Below, in pieces: positions 35,170-44,363 of a DNA stretch of 64,000 bases. Source of the stretch: an uncultured Candidatus Saccharibacteria bacterium (GTDB lineage: Bacteria; Patescibacteriota; Minisyncoccia; Phycocordibacterales; UBA2100); NCBI GenBank assembly GCA_964471165.1, contig CAYYEX010000002.1:60965-124964 (forward strand), written 5' to 3'. Within the stretch, counting starts at the first letter, position 1, and every line of letters begins with the position of its first letter. Made by a program: the position numbers and the translations under genes. The notes under the pieces were generated by a model. It did no database searches and was not told the DNA's origin. It saw nothing but the letters and a program-made list of their open reading frames with translations.

Positions 35170-35829
35170 ATGCCGCAAGCAGGATCAAATACCCGCAACG
35201 ACAATAAATCGACACAGGAGTTTGTGCCGATTAAAGAAGTGCGCGACGGTATTGTGGTAATGAAAGACAATGGCTTGCGTGCGATACTGCTCGCCTCATC
35301 GATTAACTTTGCGCTGAAATCCGAAGATGAGCAGACAGCGTTCATCGTGCAGTTCCAGAACTTTCTGAACTCGCTCGACTTTTCCTGCCAGATATTCGTA
35401 CAGTCGCGTCAGCTCGATATTCGCCCGTATGTCGCAACACTCGAAGAAGCTTACAAAGGTCAACTCGACGACCTCATGCGTATCCAAATACGCGAATATA
35501 TTGAGTTCATTCGGAGCTTCACCGAGGCGGCAAATATTATGACGAAGAATTTCTTTGTCGTGGTCCCGTACACACCAGCGGTGATTCAAACAGGGAAGGG
35601 GTCTTCGTTCAATCCGTTCAGTAAAAAAAAGGCCAACGCCGCAGAGGAGAACCGAACATTCGAAGAACAGGCAACGCAGCTTGAACAACGAATCTCGATA
35701 GTGCAACAAGGCCTTGTGCGCACGGGTGTACGCACCGTGCAACTCGGCACTGAAGAGGCAATTGAGTTGCTCTATAAGATGTTCAATCCAGGTGAAGACT
35801 CAAAACCGATGTCACTTTCACAACAGTAA
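35170..35829 (+). CDS. virB4: VirB4/TraE-type ATPase, N-terminal domain (separated from the ATPase domain by one in-frame TAA)
   Basis: FVPIKEVRDGIVVMKDNGLRAILLASSINFALKSEDEQTAFIVQFQNFLNSL matches the conserved N-terminal domain of conjugative VirB4 ATPases; same reading frame as 35833-37839. Confidence 0.6.
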   Translation: MPQAGSNTRNDNKSTQEFVPIKEVRDGIVVMKDNGLRAILLASSINFALKSEDEQTAFIVQFQNFLNSLDFSCQIFVQSRQLDIRPYVATLEEAYKGQLDDLMRIQIREYIEFIRSFTEAANIMTKNFFVVVPYTPAVIQTGKGSSFNPFSKKKANAAEENRTFEEQATQLEQRISIVQQGLVRTGVRTVQLGTEEAIELLYKMFNPGEDSKPMSLSQQ

Positions 35830-35832
35830 TCT

Positions 35833-37839
35833 ATGGGACTTTTCGAATCAATTTTCAATAAGAAGCCAGAGCAGGGGCCCAATGTGCTCCCGGTTCTTCC
35901 AGACGAAATCTACCAAACTGGCGTACTGGACCTGCAAGACGTAATTGCGCCGCACGCACTCAAAATAAGTTCTCACGAACTTGATTTGGGAGAGAAAATT
36001 GCGCGAACGTTCTTCGTTATTTCGTACCCACGATTCCTCACAACTGGGTGGTTTGCACCAATCATTAACATGGACAAGGTTATCGACATTTCTATCTTCA
36101 TCCATCCGATGGATACGAACGAAATGCTCCGTAAGTTTCAGAAGAAGGTTGCCGAGGTCCAGAGCCAGATTTCTACTCGAGAAGAGAAGGGAATGGTGCG
36201 CGACCCGATGCTCGACACCGCGTATTCCGACCTTGAACAGCTGCGTGATTCGCTCCAGCAAGCGCAAGAAAAAATATTCGATGTGGGTCTGTATATGACA
36301 ATCTATGGTGCCACCCGTGAAGAGGTCGACAAAACCGAGTCCGAGGTTCGCTCGATTCTTGAAAGTCGTCTTGTGTACATTCGCCCAGCACTCTTTCAAC
36401 AGGAGCAGGGATTCCGCTCAGTGCTTCCAATTTCTACCGATGAGCTCGATGTGCACACAAAGCTAAACTCCGCGCCACTTTCATCAATCTTTCCGTTCAT
36501 TTCGTTCGACCTCACCTCTGACAGGGGAATTCTCTACGGAATCAATCGACACAACTCCTCACTCATTCTCTTCGACCGTTTTTCTCTCGAAAACTACAAT
36601 TCGGTAACGTTTGCTAAATCTGGTGCGGGTAAGTCCTACACGACGAAGCTTGAGATTCTTCGCTCACTCATGTTCGATACCGAAGTAATTGTCATCGACC
36701 CTGAACGAGAATATGAATACCTTGCAGAGACTGTCGGTGGTCGCTACTTCAATATTTCGCTCTCGTCCGAACACCATATCAATCCGTTCGACCTTCCCAT
36801 CCCGAGAGAAGACGAGGCACCGTCTGATGTGCTTCGTAACAACATCATCACGCTCGTCGGACTGTTTCGCATCATGCTCGGTGGCCTCACACCAGAAGAA
36901 GATGCGGTAATTGACCGAGCTATTACGGAAACGTACGCCCTCAAAGACATTACTGCTGACGCGAATTTTGCTGCGGTTGAGCCACCGCTTCTCTCAGACT
37001 TCGAACTCGTGCTTTCCGGCATGGAAGGCTCCGAATCTCTCGTGCAGCGACTGTCTAAGTACACAAAGGGAACATGGTCGGGCTTTATGAATCGTCCGAC
37101 CAACGTGGATATGAACAAGAAGCTTGTTGTTTTCTCAGTTCGCGACATGGAAGACGACTTGAAGCCAGTCGCGATGTACATTATTACGCACCACATTTGG
37201 AACACAGTGCGTAAAGAACTTCGCAAGCGACTCCTCATCATCGACGAGGCGTGGTGGATGATGCGCTCTGAAGACACGGCATCGTTCCTGTTCTCAATCG
37301 CAAAACGTGGTCGTAAATACTTCCTCGGTATCTCCACCATCACACAAGACGTGTCCGACTTTCTCAACTCACCGTACGGTGTGCCGATGATTACGAACTC
37401 ATCTATTCAAATGTTGCTTCGACAATCGCCGACGTCGGTTGACCTTGTGCAGCAAACATTCAAACTCTCCGACGAAGAAAAATATCTCTTGCTTGAGTCC
37501 GATGTGGGAGAAGGTATCTTCTTTGCCGGCCTCAAGCACGTGGCAATCAAGGTGATTGCCTCCTACACAGAGGATCAAATCATCACATCAGACCCGTCTC
37601 AGATTCTCGCAATAAAGAAAGCTAAACAAGATCTCCAGGTAGCAAGCGATGCTCGTACCGCCGCGGTTGAACAACAGCGTGCTGCCATCGCTGCACCAAC
37701 CCCCGTTTCTGCGGCGGTCTCCGCAGCCCTCGAAGCAGAAACCCCCGTTGCGGCTGTTGCTGAGATACCCGCTCCTGTTGCAGTCGCTCCAGCAACGCCT
37801 CCTGTAGCTGAACCCCCGCTCGCTCCTGGAGTTGTATGA
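35833..37839 (+). CDS. virB4: VirB4/TraE-type ATPase, C-terminal ATPase domain
   Basis: Walker A AKSGAGKSYTTK; VIVIDPEREY; Walker B LLIIDEAWWM; 668 aa. Confidence 0.8.
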   Translation: MGLFESIFNKKPEQGPNVLPVLPDEIYQTGVLDLQDVIAPHALKISSHELDLGEKIARTFFVISYPRFLTTGWFAPIINMDKVIDISIFIHPMDTNEMLRKFQKKVAEVQSQISTREEKGMVRDPMLDTAYSDLEQLRDSLQQAQEKIFDVGLYMTIYGATREEVDKTESEVRSILESRLVYIRPALFQQEQGFRSVLPISTDELDVHTKLNSAPLSSIFPFISFDLTSDRGILYGINRHNSSLILFDRFSLENYNSVTFAKSGAGKSYTTKLEILRSLMFDTEVIVIDPEREYEYLAETVGGRYFNISLSSEHHINPFDLPIPREDEAPSDVLRNNIITLVGLFRIMLGGLTPEEDAVIDRAITETYALKDITADANFAAVEPPLLSDFELVLSGMEGSESLVQRLSKYTKGTWSGFMNRPTNVDMNKKLVVFSVRDMEDDLKPVAMYIITHHIWNTVRKELRKRLLIIDEAWWMMRSEDTASFLFSIAKRGRKYFLGISTITQDVSDFLNSPYGVPMITNSSIQMLLRQSPTSVDLVQQTFKLSDEEKYLLLESDVGEGIFFAGLKHVAIKVIASYTEDQIITSDPSQILAIKKAKQDLQVASDARTAAVEQQRAAIAAPTPVSAAVSAALEAETPVAAVAEIPAPVAVAPATPPVAEPPLAPGVV

Positions 37840-38837
37840 AATATCTCGCTGCGTTTCTCGTGCTTGTTGTCGCCACACCTGTACTCGCGCTCGATATTGG
37901 TCCCTCTCTCTATATAGCCGTTGCCCCGCAGTATCCAGCCCCCGCTCAGCCCGTTACGCTCACCATACAAAATCCGCTCGTCGACCTTTCGGAGCGAGAA
38001 ATTACGTGGAGAAATAATGGTGTTGTTGTGCTCACGGGGGAGGGTGAGACCATCTATCGAACTACTGCACCGAACGCAGGAGAGCGCATCGACATGACTG
38101 TTAGTGTTGCCGGCCTTGAAGAAATGGCCTCAATTTCAATTGCACCTTCTTCGGTGGATCTCTTGTGGGAATCCAATTCGTTTGCCCCCGGGCTATATCG
38201 TGGGCGACACCTCCCCAGTCGAGGCTCCGTGCTCACACTCCACGCCCTCCCGCATCTCACACAAAAAGGCGTCGAACTCCCCGCGTCACAACTTGTTTTT
38301 ACATGGAAGCAGGAGGGGCAGGTTGTTATGTCCGGAAAGGGAAAAAGTTCATTCTCTATTCCCGTCGCTGAGTTTGTCGATACAAGTACTATTTCGGTCA
38401 GCGTGACAACTTCGGATAAAACTATTGGCGCGGAGCGCTCTGTTGTGATTAACGCCGCAGAGCCAGTTGTGCGTCTGTACTTTGACCACCCGCTCTTTGG
38501 TGTCATGTATCATAATGCACTCACCGCCCGCTCAATCGTATCTGAGACCGAAGTATCATTCGCAGCAATTCCGTATTTTGCCCAGGCCACAGGAGCCAAC
38601 GATAAACTTTTTTCGTACATTTGGCGCGTGAATAGAACTACTATCGAACCAAATAGCGAACAACCCAATACAATTACCATAAATGCTGGCCCGGCAGGAG
38701 GTCCGGCTCAGATTGAGGTGTCACTCACACACACAAAAAACTTTCAACTTGATGCACGCGGCACATGGAATGTAACGTTCGGTTCAATCGCCGGTGGTAG
38801 TAGCGGCGTAGTGGGGGATCCATTCACAGGACAATAA
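37836..38837 (+). CDS. hypothetical secreted protein
   Basis: signal peptide MKYLAAFLVLVVATPVLA; 333 aa. Confidence 0.45.
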   Translation: MKYLAAFLVLVVATPVLALDIGPSLYIAVAPQYPAPAQPVTLTIQNPLVDLSEREITWRNNGVVVLTGEGETIYRTTAPNAGERIDMTVSVAGLEEMASISIAPSSVDLLWESNSFAPGLYRGRHLPSRGSVLTLHALPHLTQKGVELPASQLVFTWKQEGQVVMSGKGKSSFSIPVAEFVDTSTISVSVTTSDKTIGAERSVVINAAEPVVRLYFDHPLFGVMYHNALTARSIVSETEVSFAAIPYFAQATGANDKLFSYIWRVNRTTIEPNSEQPNTITINAGPAGGPAQIEVSLTHTKNFQLDARGTWNVTFGSIAGGSSGVVGDPFTGQ

Positions 38838-38839
38838 TC

Positions 38840-40069
38840 ATGAATAAAATTATCCAATTCGTTACAGCCGCACTTCTTGTAGCTATTGTTGGTGGCTTTG
38901 GCGGTTGGTATTTTTTTATTAAAAACAAAACGGCCGAAACAGACAATCTTATTGCGGGGCGTGGTGAGGATGCCGCATCTTTTACTGGTGAAGTCGGCAG
39001 CACCTATCAAAACATAATCACGGACTCCTCGGAGACTACCCCGGCCTCTACAGGACAGCGTGCGCCGCGTTTGTGGCATGTAACGAAATCCCCCATTGCA
39101 GGATTTGGATTCGGTCCGGGAGGACTGACCGTGTACATCGCTGAGCGAGCAACTGGAAATATTTTGCGTGCCGCCCCTGATACAAGTTCAATCCAACGCC
39201 TCACCAACACACTCGTACCGAAGGTCCGCGAAGCACTCTTTAGTCGCTCGGGGGATGTTATCTTACGCTCGACGAATGATGCAGGCTCAGTTACCACTTT
39301 TGCTGCCACTATCGCTACCACTACTGTTATCACATCCACCTCCACACCAAACACACTCGAGGGTACATATCTTCCGCAGAATATTGTGGCGATTGACGCA
39401 CCAAACAATCAACCAACATCGAAAGGCATCTTCTTTATGACCCGCCTGCCTGAAGGAGGATCTGTTGGGGTATCATCGCTTTGGAAGGGTACCTCGATTA
39501 AAAAAATGGTTTCCTTGCCGCTGTACCAATGGCGAGCGCAGGCACTCTCGGACGGTCGGGTAGTACTCACACAAAATGCAGCAGACGATGTTGTCGGGTA
39601 CTCATTTATAGTGAGTCCTGCAGGTGTTATGAAGCCGCTTGTTGGCAATCTCCCCGGCCTCACACTTACCTATCACGATACGGGAGATGCGTTTCTTTAC
39701 GGAGTTGCCGGCGCAGGCACGCTGTCTTTGTATGTAAAAGCAGGAACGTCAAACGCCGTTAAACTGCCGATTGCAACCACTGCAGACAAATGTGTTTGGG
39801 CCCCCGGCGTGGGACTCATTGCATATTGCGCGGTACCAACTTCAGCACCCGCATCCCCGTACCTGACGAACTGGTACGGAGGGGCAACACATACAATCGA
39901 TGTCTGGTGGAAAATTGAGGCAGCTGAGGGTACCGCAGAACGTTTCTTTGTCCCCGACACGCGAACACAGTACGACGTAGAAGATCCCGCAACTGATGAG
40001 ACCGGTTCTTACCTCGCCTGGAGAAACGCTGCGGATAAGTCTCTGTGGCTGCTTAGAATCAGTGAATAA
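38840..40069 (+). CDS. hypothetical membrane-anchored periplasmic protein
   Basis: N-terminal TM IIQFVTAALLVAIVGGFGGWYFF; 409 aa. Confidence 0.45.
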   Translation: MNKIIQFVTAALLVAIVGGFGGWYFFIKNKTAETDNLIAGRGEDAASFTGEVGSTYQNIITDSSETTPASTGQRAPRLWHVTKSPIAGFGFGPGGLTVYIAERATGNILRAAPDTSSIQRLTNTLVPKVREALFSRSGDVILRSTNDAGSVTTFAATIATTTVITSTSTPNTLEGTYLPQNIVAIDAPNNQPTSKGIFFMTRLPEGGSVGVSSLWKGTSIKKMVSLPLYQWRAQALSDGRVVLTQNAADDVVGYSFIVSPAGVMKPLVGNLPGLTLTYHDTGDAFLYGVAGAGTLSLYVKAGTSNAVKLPIATTADKCVWAPGVGLIAYCAVPTSAPASPYLTNWYGGATHTIDVWWKIEAAEGTAERFFVPDTRTQYDVEDPATDETGSYLAWRNAADKSLWLLRISE

Positions 40070-40076
40070 TGTATCT

Positions 40077-40637
40077 ATGACAAAACGAAAACACCTTATT
40101 GTCTCCAGCTGCGCCTTTGCACTCTCTTTTGCTCTCCCTGCACTCGTTCTTGCCGCCGAAGGATTCGTTCCACTGACAAAAGATGCCGACTTTCAAAAGA
40201 TTTTCGGCGTGGGTAGCAATGCCGGCTCGAATCCTCAGGACCTGAGCACGTTCATCAGCGGCGCATTTAAGGTTACTCTTTCTATCGGAGCAATTCTCGC
40301 AGTGCTTCGAATTGCGTATGCAGGGTATCAGTACATGTCTTCTGACGCGTGGGGAGAAAAATCACACGCAAAAGAAATACTTGGCGATGTAACAATCGGT
40401 ATTTTATTGCTTCTGAGTGTTTGGCTCATCCTTAACCAAATCAACCCAAACATTCTGCAGCTCAAAATAAGTGGTGTGAATAGCTCCGGAGGATCATCGG
40501 GCGCTTCAAGTGCGACAACAAATACAGGCACGACTCAAGCTCGAACTCAAAATCCAACAAACGTAGTACGAAATACAGAAACGGGGGACTGCACCTACTA
40601 CGATGCAATGGGGGTAGCGTATTCAGCGAGCTGCTAG
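40077..40637 (+). CDS. VirB2/TrbC-like pilin candidate
   Basis: signal peptide; two hydrophobic helices (FISGAFKVTLSIGAILAVLRIAYAGY and VTIGILLLLSVWLILNQI) in TrbC-like arrangement; Ser/Gly/Thr-rich C-tail; start at ATG 40077. Confidence 0.5.
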   Translation: MTKRKHLIVSSCAFALSFALPALVLAAEGFVPLTKDADFQKIFGVGSNAGSNPQDLSTFISGAFKVTLSIGAILAVLRIAYAGYQYMSSDAWGEKSHAKEILGDVTIGILLLLSVWLILNQINPNILQLKISGVNSSGGSSGASSATTNTGTTQARTQNPTNVVRNTETGDCTYYDAMGVAYSASC

Positions 40638-41101
40638 GCCTCGGCAGCTGCGTACTTGATGACAACGCGTCGGTTCCGCCCCTCACCCAAGGACTCTGTT
40701 TTTACATTCGGTTCGTCTTGTAGGGTAGTGTGAACAATAAGACGTTCGTATGCACTCATTGGCGAAAGCTCCACATCGTATTGAAAACTGCGAGCTCGTT
40801 CTGCCATCATCAGCGCCTTGGTCTGTAAATCTTTAATTTGTTTTACGCGGTAGTCGTTTACGTCGATGAGGAAATGGAGATCCTGTGCGCCTTCCGTTGG
40901 CACGCGTTTCTCGGCAATCTTTTTTACCAACATATCAATCGCATGTATCGTATCGCCGTGACCACCGATAAGGGCGCGCGCCTCCGATGTTTGTATTGAA
41001 AAAATCATCTGCCCGGCAACTTCGGACCGTGTAACGACGGCATCGGTAACCCCCATCGACGCAAGTAGTTCTCCAAGAATGGTTTCAACCATGTCGTGCA
41101 T
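40634..41101 (-). CDS. jag: Jag/KhpB-like R3H/KH-domain RNA-binding protein
   Basis: GVTDAVVTRSEVAGQMIFSIQTSEARALIGGHGDTIHAIDMLVKK (KH-like) and C-terminal R3H-like region; downstream of yidC as usual. Confidence 0.7.
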   Translation of the reverse strand: MHDMVETILGELLASMGVTDAVVTRSEVAGQMIFSIQTSEARALIGGHGDTIHAIDMLVKKIAEKRVPTEGAQDLHFLIDVNDYRVKQIKDLQTKALMMAERARSFQYDVELSPMSAYERLIVHTTLQDEPNVKTESLGEGRNRRVVIKYAAAEA

Positions 41102-41240
41102 GGAGGGCACTATACCCTATGAGATAAACTCGTAGCAACGTTACGACGGTACCGCGACGTGTCGTAATACTTGAATTGGTTCTAAACCAGCATCTGTATC
41201 TCACGGGGCAGCTTAACGCGCTGCTCCAAAATACATACCC

Positions 41241-41975
41241 CTACATCGGAATCTTCCCGTGGAAACGTCGCCCCACATAAAACTCCTGCCCAATCATAAA
41301 GAGGTTACTCGTTACCCAGTAGAGTGGTGCCGCGGCTACAACAAAGTACGACACAACCCCAATAACACCGGGGAGTACATAGCGGGCTTGGACATCGAAG
41401 CTTTTTGCCATCTCTTCGGAGAATGACGCCTCGGTTGGTGTAATCGTACCCTTGGGACCCATGGAAAGCCGCGTGTATATCGCCTGTGTTACTGCAACCA
41501 AGACTGCAAGAACAATGCTGTGGCTTCCCATATCAATAAGCCCGAGGAAGCGCATGTTTACCAAATCTGGTACCGCAACAAACGAATAGAGCATTTCAGG
41601 GTTTACCAGTGGGAAGCCGCCCTGCGCAAATACCCAGTAAAGACCAAGCAAGATGGGGAGTTGGAGCAAGAGGAGAAGGAACCCCGAAAACGGATTTACT
41701 TTGCGCTCACGGTAGAGTGCAAACATTGCCTTACCCTGTTCTTCGGGCTTGTCTTTATACTTCTTCTTTAACTCTTCTATCTCTGGAGCAACGGCTTTCA
41801 TTGCCATCTGCGACTTGATTGCCTTGCGTGAGAGAGGGAACAGGATGAAACGCACAATAATGGTCACAATAATGACCGCGATACCGATATCGTGCGTTGG
41901 CACGATATCCACAAAATAAACGAGGGCGTTATATATCGGAAGATAGATGACTGCATGAAACGCGGCTCCAATCAT
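41241..41975 (-). CDS. yidC: membrane protein insertase YidC (short form)
   Basis: 244 aa; five TM helices; ...GFLLLLLQLPILLGLY... YidC/Oxa1 signature; between rnpA and jag. Confidence 0.8.
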   Translation of the reverse strand: MIGAAFHAVIYLPIYNALVYFVDIVPTHDIGIAVIIVTIIVRFILFPLSRKAIKSQMAMKAVAPEIEELKKKYKDKPEEQGKAMFALYRERKVNPFSGFLLLLLQLPILLGLYWVFAQGGFPLVNPEMLYSFVAVPDLVNMRFLGLIDMGSHSIVLAVLVAVTQAIYTRLSMGPKGTITPTEASFSEEMAKSFDVQARYVLPGVIGVVSYFVVAAAPLYWVTSNLFMIGQEFYVGRRFHGKIPM

Positions 41976-41999
41976 AGACGATGATTGTACTCTTTTGCG

Positions 42000-42326
42000 C
42001 TACTTCACGCTACGCAATCGCTCGATGAGCTCTGCTACATCTGCTCGTATTACCGCGTATGGAGCGTCAACGGCCTGTCTCTTTGCCGTGAGAACAAGTG
42101 ACATTCCGACAGGCAGAGTGACTCCGTGCAGAGCAGTGCGCATACGGCGTTTTATCCCATTTCGCACCACGGCCTTACTTGAGACCTTTTTTGAAACGAC
42201 GCACGCAACCTTGGATGTGGTGCCTTCATGTTTTGTGCGGGATAGCGAAAAAAGGCTTGAAATAAGCCTTTTATCAGGACTCAGCCGTCGAATTTCCGCC
42301 CCCGTAAGCCGGTGTTTCTTTGGCAT
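42000..42326 (-). CDS. rnpA: RNase P protein component
   Basis: 108 aa; basic; RNR-like motif region; sits between rpmH and yidC. Confidence 0.75.
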   Translation of the reverse strand: MPKKHRLTGAEIRRLSPDKRLISSLFSLSRTKHEGTTSKVACVVSKKVSSKAVVRNGIKRRMRTALHGVTLPVGMSLVLTAKRQAVDAPYAVIRADVAELIERLRSVK

Positions 42327-42349
42327 ACGAACACGGAATCAGGTTGAAA

Positions 42350-42490
42350 TTATACGGTCAGCTTCGCGCGGCCCTTGCGGCGGCGGCGAGTGAGAACGGA
42401 TACGCCTTTCTTGCTCTTGGAGCGGATACGGAATCCGTGAGTTGCCAATCGCTTTTTCTTTTTCGGCTGGTATGTTCGCTTGGTCGACAT
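42350..42490 (-). CDS. rpmH: 50S ribosomal protein L34
   Basis: hand translation of the minus strand: [46 protein letters not shown] (46 aa; too short for the ORF track). Confidence 0.9.
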   Translation of the reverse strand: MSTKRTYQPKKKKRLATHGFRIRSKSKKGVSVLTRRRRKGRAKLTV

Positions 42491-42767
42491 GCGGCACAGT
42501 ATGCCTTTGCGTGAGAAAAAATGCAACGCTCTTACCCCTCACAGAGAGCATGTAGTTTTTTCGGCGTTCGCAGCGCGGCGGCGCGAGACAGAGGGAATTT
42601 TCAACAGAAAATTACCCGGCCGCAAAAACTACATGCTCTCGCACACTTTTCACTATCCCCGCGTTATCCACATGGTTGTCAACATCGCTACGAGGGTCGG
42701 TCAAGATTCCCTCCGCGCTTGATGTGCGTATAATGCTCAGCATTGTTCTCACTGAATCGATGCCGTA
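42491..42767. promoter_or_regulatory. rpmH-dnaA intergenic region with a perfect DnaA box TTATCCACA (42664-42672); candidate oriC half or dnaA promoter
   Basis: consensus DnaA box; divergent origin-type gene arrangement. Confidence 0.55.
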
Positions 42768-44126
42768 ATGAAATATATGATGACTAACCGTGAATTATGG
42801 CAAAACGCACTTGTTCAAATTGAACTTGGTACCACAGAAGCATCGTTTCGAACTTGGTTTCGTAACACCGACATCTCTCATCGCGATGGGGGAACTGTCC
42901 AGGTTGCTGTTCCGTCCAAAATAGTAAAGGAGTGGCTCTCTGACAAGCATCACAAGTTGATTCTCAAGGCGCTTCGCAGCCTCGATAGCTCTATTCGCAC
43001 AGTGGAATACGTTGTGCACCGCACCGCACCGCAAACTGACCGCAAACCACAGAAACAAGAGCCGCAGCAAAATGCATCGTTCGACTTACAGTCGCTCTAT
43101 ATAGACAAGCGCGACAACCTCAATCCGCGCTACACCTTCGAAACGTTTGTAGTGGGCCCGTTCAATCAACTCGCTCATGCCGCTGCAAAGGCAGTGCTCG
43201 AGCGCCCGGGTCTCGCGTACAACCCACTCTTTATCTATGGCTCCACTGGTCATGGAAAGACGCATCTTATCCAGGCTATTGGAAACTATTTCAAGAAGTC
43301 GCACGCGAACAAAAAGGTGCTTTATGTAACGAGTGAACGCTTTGCAATTGACTACATCAATGCAGTTCGTGCAGGACACGCAAACAATTTCAAAGACCAG
43401 TACCGGCAGTACGACGTACTTATAATGGACGACGTACAGTTTATTGCGAACACGGAGAAGACCCAGGAAGAGCTCTTCCACCTCTTCAACGCGCTTCGTG
43501 ATAACAATAAACAGATTGTATTCTCGTCCGATAAGCACCCAGCACTCCTCCCCGGCTTTGAAGACCGTCTCAAGGGCCGCTTCTCAGGCGGCATGATTGC
43601 GGAAATCCCTGAACCCGACGTTGAAAGCCGTACGGCCATAATTTCGGCGAAGATTGAGCAACATGGATTTTCTATCCCCGACGACATCATTCAGTACATC
43701 GCTGAAAACGTGAGGGGCAACATTCGTGAACTCGAGGGCGTGCTCAATATGATTGTTTGTAAGTCTCAGTTGAAGGGAAAGGCTATTTCCCACGCAGACG
43801 TACGTGCACTCATTAAGCACAATGTGAAGCCAAATCGCGGGGTTTCTATCGATGAAGTCGTGCGCCGTATTGCGCAATATTACGAAGTACCGGAAAAGAG
43901 TATCTACGAAAAGACTCGTAAGAAGGAGGTCGTAAAGCCACGACAAATAATCATGTATGTACTTCGTGAAGAATTCGCTGTTTCGTACCCATCAATTGGG
44001 GAGAAGCTTGGTGGTCGTGACCACACGACCGTTATTCACTCGTGCGAAAAAATCAAGGAAGAAATGAAAACATCCAGTTCACTCGAACAGGAGCTTGATC
44101 ACATTCGCGCACTCATTCACGCCTAG
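42768..44126 (+). CDS. dnaA: chromosomal replication initiator DnaA
   Basis: 452 aa; Walker A GSTGHGKTHL; box VII; C-terminal domain IV ...GGRDHTTVIHSCEKI... Confidence 0.9.
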   Translation: MKYMMTNRELWQNALVQIELGTTEASFRTWFRNTDISHRDGGTVQVAVPSKIVKEWLSDKHHKLILKALRSLDSSIRTVEYVVHRTAPQTDRKPQKQEPQQNASFDLQSLYIDKRDNLNPRYTFETFVVGPFNQLAHAAAKAVLERPGLAYNPLFIYGSTGHGKTHLIQAIGNYFKKSHANKKVLYVTSERFAIDYINAVRAGHANNFKDQYRQYDVLIMDDVQFIANTEKTQEELFHLFNALRDNNKQIVFSSDKHPALLPGFEDRLKGRFSGGMIAEIPEPDVESRTAIISAKIEQHGFSIPDDIIQYIAENVRGNIRELEGVLNMIVCKSQLKGKAISHADVRALIKHNVKPNRGVSIDEVVRRIAQYYEVPEKSIYEKTRKKEVVKPRQIIMYVLREEFAVSYPSIGEKLGGRDHTTVIHSCEKIKEEMKTSSSLEQELDHIRALIHA

Positions 44127-44363
44127 GGTATGTGGATATCGCGTGTATACCAGGGGGGAGAACACGGGGTACAGCAGTATGGAGTTTCGATGAACAACGT
44201 GGTGATATTCTCATTCGCTCGTGAATCCACTCGTTACACATCGCTCGCACAGCAGTTATCCACCACTCATCAATACAAGAATTATCGCGTGTTTCCTAGC
44301 TCAATTTGAGTTATCCAGTTATCCCCGTAACTAGTAGTAGTAATAGTCTTTAATTAAATAACT
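44127..44363. promoter_or_regulatory. dnaA-dnaN intergenic region with several DnaA-box-like 9-mers (TGTGGATAT, TTATCCACC, TTATCCAGT) and an AT-rich stretch before dnaN: candidate oriC
   Basis: boxes found by eye at about 44131, 44256, 44311; AT-rich 44320-44363. Confidence 0.55.
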
